From assembly GCA_963836075.1 (NCBI GenBank), contig CAWIIB010000009.1, positions 3,008,001 through 3,072,000 of the forward strand: a DNA stretch of 64,000 nt, written 5' to 3'. The translations under genes were made by a program, and so were the position numbers. Origin of the DNA: an uncultured Acidobacteriota bacterium. Its GTDB lineage: Bacteria; Acidobacteriota; JAQAZP01. Shown piece by piece: positions 60,081 through 64,000 of this stretch. The first letter of the stretch is position 1, and each line of letters opens with the position of its first letter. The notes beneath the pieces were generated by a model, which was given only the letters and a program-made list of their open reading frames with translations, was not told the origin of the DNA and did no database searches.

Positions 60081-60968
60081 ATGGGAATTCATCGGTCACT
60101 CCGGATGGTCGCCGTCGCCTGCATCGTCATGCTGGCCTGGGCGCCACTGGGAGCCTGGCAGGGTGTTGCCCGGGAGGGTACGCCCCTGCCGTCGAACACC
60201 ACGCATCTGGCGGTTCAGCTGACCACGCAGCAGCCGGTCAGCCCCACCCCGGGGATTCCCGAACGGGTCTACCCGGTGGACGCCTACAACCAGGGGAGCG
60301 ACATCTGGCTCGCCATCCCGTCATCGGTTGCCGGCACGGACTTCGCCGGAGCCACGGTGCGGGTCTGCATCACGCCCCACCGGACCGTGCTGGACGGCTG
60401 GACGGACGGCGCCGGGATCAAGGACTGCAGCGACGGTTTCGAGACGGTGATGCTGCAGGCGGGGAGTTCGGCGGACAACTACGTGCTGGGCTGGAGCGGA
60501 GCCTGCACCCTCGGCCGCTACGATGTGATCGTCGACTTCGAACCCTTTGGTGTCTACAACCTCGGCCGGGACATGATCGACCACGCCGGAATCGGCGGCT
60601 TCCAGGTGCTGGACAGCCGGGCCATCGACTACGTGCTGATCAGCCCCGATCGTGGGTGCGCCCGGATCATCGGCAACCAGTCTTACGTGGGCGGGCTCTA
60701 CGAGCCGACCGAAGAGTTGGTACTCAACAGCTGGAACAACGGGATCAACGGGATTCCCGAGTACGGCGGCGGCGACGACGTGTTCGAGGGCATCCTTGCC
60801 GCCACCTGGTCCACCACGGTGGGCGGCAGCGTGGGCCGCATCGATTCGAGCACCGGTCTGTACGTGGCCGGGGGCTTCACCGGTGAAGGCGACGTCACGG
60901 CCTTCGCTTTCGGCGGCTGGACCGACACGGCATATGTCATGAGCACCACCCCCTCCTGGGTGCCGTAA
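60081..60968 (+). CDS. Heme-less QHNDH alpha-like secreted protein (copy 2)
   Basis: Identical to copy 1 except G>D (CSDG) and F>L (EELVL). Confidence 0.65.
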   Translation: MGIHRSLRMVAVACIVMLAWAPLGAWQGVAREGTPLPSNTTHLAVQLTTQQPVSPTPGIPERVYPVDAYNQGSDIWLAIPSSVAGTDFAGATVRVCITPHRTVLDGWTDGAGIKDCSDGFETVMLQAGSSADNYVLGWSGACTLGRYDVIVDFEPFGVYNLGRDMIDHAGIGGFQVLDSRAIDYVLISPDRGCARIIGNQSYVGGLYEPTEELVLNSWNNGINGIPEYGGGDDVFEGILAATWSTTVGGSVGRIDSSTGLYVAGGFTGEGDVTAFAFGGWTDTAYVMSTTPSWVP

Positions 60969-61009
60969 AAAATCGTCCCTCCGGGCTTTGCTTCAAGGAG
61001 AGAAACACG

Positions 61010-61303
61010 ATGAAACATCTCAAGCCCCTGAACAAGCGGGCGATGAAACTGAGCGGCGACGAGGATCGCCCCGACGTCTTCGGCTACGCCTGCAGCATCT
61101 GCTGCACGGCCTGGGCCCCGGGCTGGGAGGTCGGGGAGTCGGGGAACGTGGACCCCTGCCCCTGGATGAGCGACCTGTCGCTCTGCTGGGTCACCTGCTA
61201 CTGGACCGGCCAGGTGGCCGACGACACGGCGGAACCCGACTGGCTCGACGACTGTTCCCTGGTCTCCGAAGACTGGGTCCGTATCTGCGTGGTCCCCGAC
61301 TGA
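61010..61303 (+). CDS. QhpC/gamma-like Cys-rich precursor peptide (copy 2)
   Basis: As copy 1 but with loop GESGNVDP instead of GDDPYPVDP, and PDW instead of PNW. Confidence 0.88.
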   Translation: MKHLKPLNKRAMKLSGDEDRPDVFGYACSICCTAWAPGWEVGESGNVDPCPWMSDLSLCWVTCYWTGQVADDTAEPDWLDDCSLVSEDWVRICVVPD

Positions 61304-61331
61304 TCACAGCGGCATATCCTGGAGGAAATCG

Positions 61332-62390
61332 ATGCAATCACGAAAAAGTTTCAGGATCCCGCGGGTCAGGGGACGATTCCCCGCCGTGTGGCTCTGCGCG
61401 TGCCTGCTGCTCACCCTGGCGGCGGCACCCGCTCTTGCGGGACAGCGCACCATCTTCGCCGGGGGCAACCACATCATGGTCATCGACGAGGCAACCATGA
61501 ACGTGTTGGGCCAGATCCCGGTGCAGAAACATATCCACCAGCTGGTGGTGGACCAGGCCCGCGAACGGCTTTACGCCGCGCACAGCGGCGGGGTGGAGAT
61601 CTTCAACGCCCGGTCTTACGCCTCGCTGGGCTTCTTTGCCGAGGACCCGGCCCGGCGGCTGGAGCTGAGCGCCGACGGCAATACGCTCTACGCCCTGACC
61701 CACCCGATCCTGGTCAACGCCGACGGGCAGAAGCACGCCGGTGAATACGCGATCCAGATCATCGACCTGGTGCAGAGCAAGGTCAGCGGCTCGGTGAACC
61801 TGGGCTACGATATCTTTGACGCGGTGGTGGACCCGGTCAACGGCAAGGTGTTCGCCATGAAACGGTTCGACCGTTCGCTTTCCGTGCACAGCCTGGCCGA
61901 GGGCAAGCGGGTGGCCACGGTGAACGTGGCTTCGAACTTCGACCCGATGAAGGTCAACCTGCTGCACTTCATGTCCTCGAGCCCCGACGGGCAGCACCTC
62001 TACGTGCCGCAGCACGGGGCATCGGCCTGTGTCTTCGACGTGGATACCCAGTCCGGCGCGTCGCGGCCCATCGACCTCGGCGGCGAGTATTTCATCCGCG
62101 ACTCCCAGGTCTCGCCCGACGGGCGGAGCCTCTTCCTGCTCACTGCCGACCAGGTGATGGTGGTGGACACGGTGGGTCGGAGGGTGGCGGCCTCCGCGCC
62201 GCTGGAGGAGGTCTACATCGGCCTCGACCTCAGTGCCGACGGCTCCCGGGCCTACCTCAGCAACCCGCTGCACGGGGACGGCAGCGCCGGCAACCTGCTG
62301 GTGCTCGACGCCCGCTCACTCAAGGAGAGGGGGATGGTGGCGACCCCCGGCTTGTCCCTGTTCACGGCAGCTGCCTTCGAGCGTGACTGA
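61332..62390 (+). CDS. QHNDH beta-like beta-propeller (copy 2)
   Basis: Protein identical to copy 1; only synonymous changes seen. Confidence 0.72.
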   Translation: MQSRKSFRIPRVRGRFPAVWLCACLLLTLAAAPALAGQRTIFAGGNHIMVIDEATMNVLGQIPVQKHIHQLVVDQARERLYAAHSGGVEIFNARSYASLGFFAEDPARRLELSADGNTLYALTHPILVNADGQKHAGEYAIQIIDLVQSKVSGSVNLGYDIFDAVVDPVNGKVFAMKRFDRSLSVHSLAEGKRVATVNVASNFDPMKVNLLHFMSSSPDGQHLYVPQHGASACVFDVDTQSGASRPIDLGGEYFIRDSQVSPDGRSLFLLTADQVMVVDTVGRRVAASAPLEEVYIGLDLSADGSRAYLSNPLHGDGSAGNLLVLDARSLKERGMVATPGLSLFTAAAFERD

Positions 62391-62411
62391 AGTTAGGAAG
62401 GAAAGAAGATC

Positions 62412-64000
62412 ATGAGCACTTGTTCCAAACGATTTCTGACCGTCCTGCTCACGCTGTGGGCGGTGGGGGCGCTCTGCGTCGTCCCGGCCCAGGCCGGGTT
62501 CGAAAAGATCGTTCTCGACGGCGGCGTGAACGGACCGAAGTCCATCCAGGTGGTGGACCTTGACGGGGTCAACGGCCTCGACATGGTGGCGGTCCACACC
62601 TTTGACGACCGGGTGGTGTGGTACGAGAATAGCGGAACCGAGTTTTTTACCATGCATGTGATCGGCACGATGAGCAACCCCTCGTCGGTGGCCGTGGGTG
62701 ACCTGAACAACGACGGGTCTCTCGACCTGGTGGTGACCAGTTTCTACGCCGGTTCCGAAAACTGGTATATCTCCTACTACCTCAACGACGGCAGCGAGAA
62801 CTTCACCCAGCACACTATCGACACCATCCTCGACGGCGCGGAAGAAGTGGTGCTGGCCCATCTCGACAGCGGCACCAGCCTCGATATCGCGGTGGTGGGC
62901 TACGAAGCGGATGCCGTGGCCTGGTATGAGAGCGACGGTGCGGCAACGCCGAACTTCACCCGCCAGATCATCGCCACCGACAAGGTGCACTCCGAGTCCA
63001 TCGACGCCGCGGACCTCGACGGCGACGGTGACATCGACCTGGTGACTTCCGCTTTCTACGACAACGAGATCCTCTGGTGGGAAAACTCCGGCGGCGCTTC
63101 GCCGACCTTCACCGAACACGTGGCCTCGGGCCTGGTCAGCGGCCCCAAGGACGTGGGTTTCGCCAATGTCGACGGCGACGGCGACCTGGACATCGTGGCC
63201 GTCTCCTTTTTCGATGACGAGGTGGTCTGGTTGGAGAACAACGGCCTCGAAACCTTCACCACCATCGTGGCCGGCGCCACGGCGCGCGGCCCGGTGGCCG
63301 TGCACGCCGCCGACCGCAACGGCGACACCTTCATCGACCTGGTGGTGGGCTGCTTCGACGGCGACGAGGTAGATTCATTCACCAACGACGGCCTGGAGAA
63401 CTTCACCATGGCCGTCGTCGACCCCGCCCTGGGCGGTGCCGAGTCGCCGGTGGTGGTGGACCTGGACCAGGACGGCGAGACCGACCTGGTGGCCGCCGGC
63501 TTCTATGACGACAACATCGTCTGGTATGTCAACAAGTCCATCTTCTTTGACGGCTACACCTTCGACGACACCGCCGGCGGCAACGGCGACGGCAACCCCG
63601 ACCCGGGCGAGACCATCACCCTGGTGCTGGACATCCGCAACGAGGGGGATGGCACCCTCACCGGCGTCTCTGGCCAGCTGGACTCCAACCTGCCCGGCTA
63701 CCTGACCTGGATCCACGACACCGCCAGCTATCCCGACATCCCGGCGGCGAGCAGCGCCTCGAGCAACTCACCGCACTTCAAGTTCAGCCTGGCCCAGGAC
63801 ACCCCCTGTGGCCAGGGGATCACCTTCACCTTTGACATGTTCTCCGACCAGGACAACGGCGGCTCCGGTTTCGGCATGACCGTGGGCGGGATCATCGACG
63901 ACATGGAAAGCGGCGAAGGCGACTGGACCCACTATGCGTACGCCGGAACCGACGACTGGGCCATCGTGACCCTGGCCCAGGCCCACAGTCCGACCCAGGC
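62412..64000 (+). CDS. FG-GAP surface protein (copy 2), 3'-truncated by the window edge
   Basis: ATG at 62412; open frame to the end of the window; missing from the ORF track because no stop is reached; diverged paralog of 57309-59690. Confidence 0.9.
   Translation, partial: MSTCSKRFLTVLLTLWAVGALCVVPAQAGFEKIVLDGGVNGPKSIQVVDLDGVNGLDMVAVHTFDDRVVWYENSGTEFFTMHVIGTMSNPSSVAVGDLNNDGSLDLVVTSFYAGSENWYISYYLNDGSENFTQHTIDTILDGAEEVVLAHLDSGTSLDIAVVGYEADAVAWYESDGAATPNFTRQIIATDKVHSESIDAADLDGDGDIDLVTSAFYDNEILWWENSGGASPTFTEHVASGLVSGPKDVGFANVDGDGDLDIVAVSFFDDEVVWLENNGLETFTTIVAGATARGPVAVHAADRNGDTFIDLVVGCFDGDEVDSFTNDGLENFTMAVVDPALGGAESPVVVDLDQDGETDLVAAGFYDDNIVWYVNKSIFFDGYTFDDTAGGNGDGNPDPGETITLVLDIRNEGDGTLTGVSGQLDSNLPGYLTWIHDTASYPDIPAASSASSNSPHFKFSLAQDTPCGQGITFTFDMFSDQDNGGSGFGMTVGGIIDDMESGEGDWTHYAYAGTDDWAIVTLAQAHSPTQ

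Larger units (their letters stand above)
54792..64000 (+). repeat. Tandem duplication of a ~5.1 kb four-gene operon (copy 1 ~54792-59690; copy 2 ~59895 to beyond 64000)
   Basis: Offset 5103-5106 nt; first three genes almost identical at DNA level; fourth gene ~89% aa identical by hand count. Confidence 0.97.

Noticed and set aside
54792-64000. Diversity-generating retroelement as the source of differences between the copies
   Set aside because: No reverse transcriptase in the window; the differences are not adenine-specific, include an indel and synonymous changes, and both copies are coding.
54792-64000. Simple assembly artefact duplication
   Set aside because: The copies have distinct upstream regions, an in-frame loop swap and dozens of frame-preserving substitutions. 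Read-level confirmation is still advisable.

Overview
High-GC bacterial chromosomal window, probably Acidobacteriota-like (acidobacterial VWA protein, DUF4388-TPR, MglA-like GTPase), with about 50 mostly housekeeping, envelope and regulatory genes. I found no rRNA, tRNA, CRISPR array or mobile element. Four single-base frameshifts look like assembly errors. The main finding is a ~5.1 kb four-gene operon present as a tandem duplicate at 54.8-64.0 kb, with the second copy cut by the window edge. It encodes a quinohemoprotein amine dehydrogenase (QHNDH)-like set: (1) an alpha-like secreted protein with no heme motif that keeps only the C-terminal domain, (2) a QhpC/gamma-like Cys-rich precursor that keeps the CTQ Cys/Trp and thioether pairs and has four extra Cys, (3) a beta-propeller, and (4) a large FG-GAP surface protein. 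The copies are nearly identical except in one loop of the gamma-like peptide and across the FG-GAP protein. The FG-GAP protein shares an unrecognised ~120-aa C-terminal domain (WRAG.TNI...MDVTP.P.NQPPYPPSGD) with a gingipain-like protease about 50 kb away, a candidate lineage-specific sorting domain. Other notable items are a MerR promoter with a likely internal start, an MglA-GAF-histidine kinase fusion, a membrane-anchored reductive dehalogenase-like protein and a B12-radical SAM lipid-modification cluster. All family assignments come from motif recognition by eye; no database searches were run.
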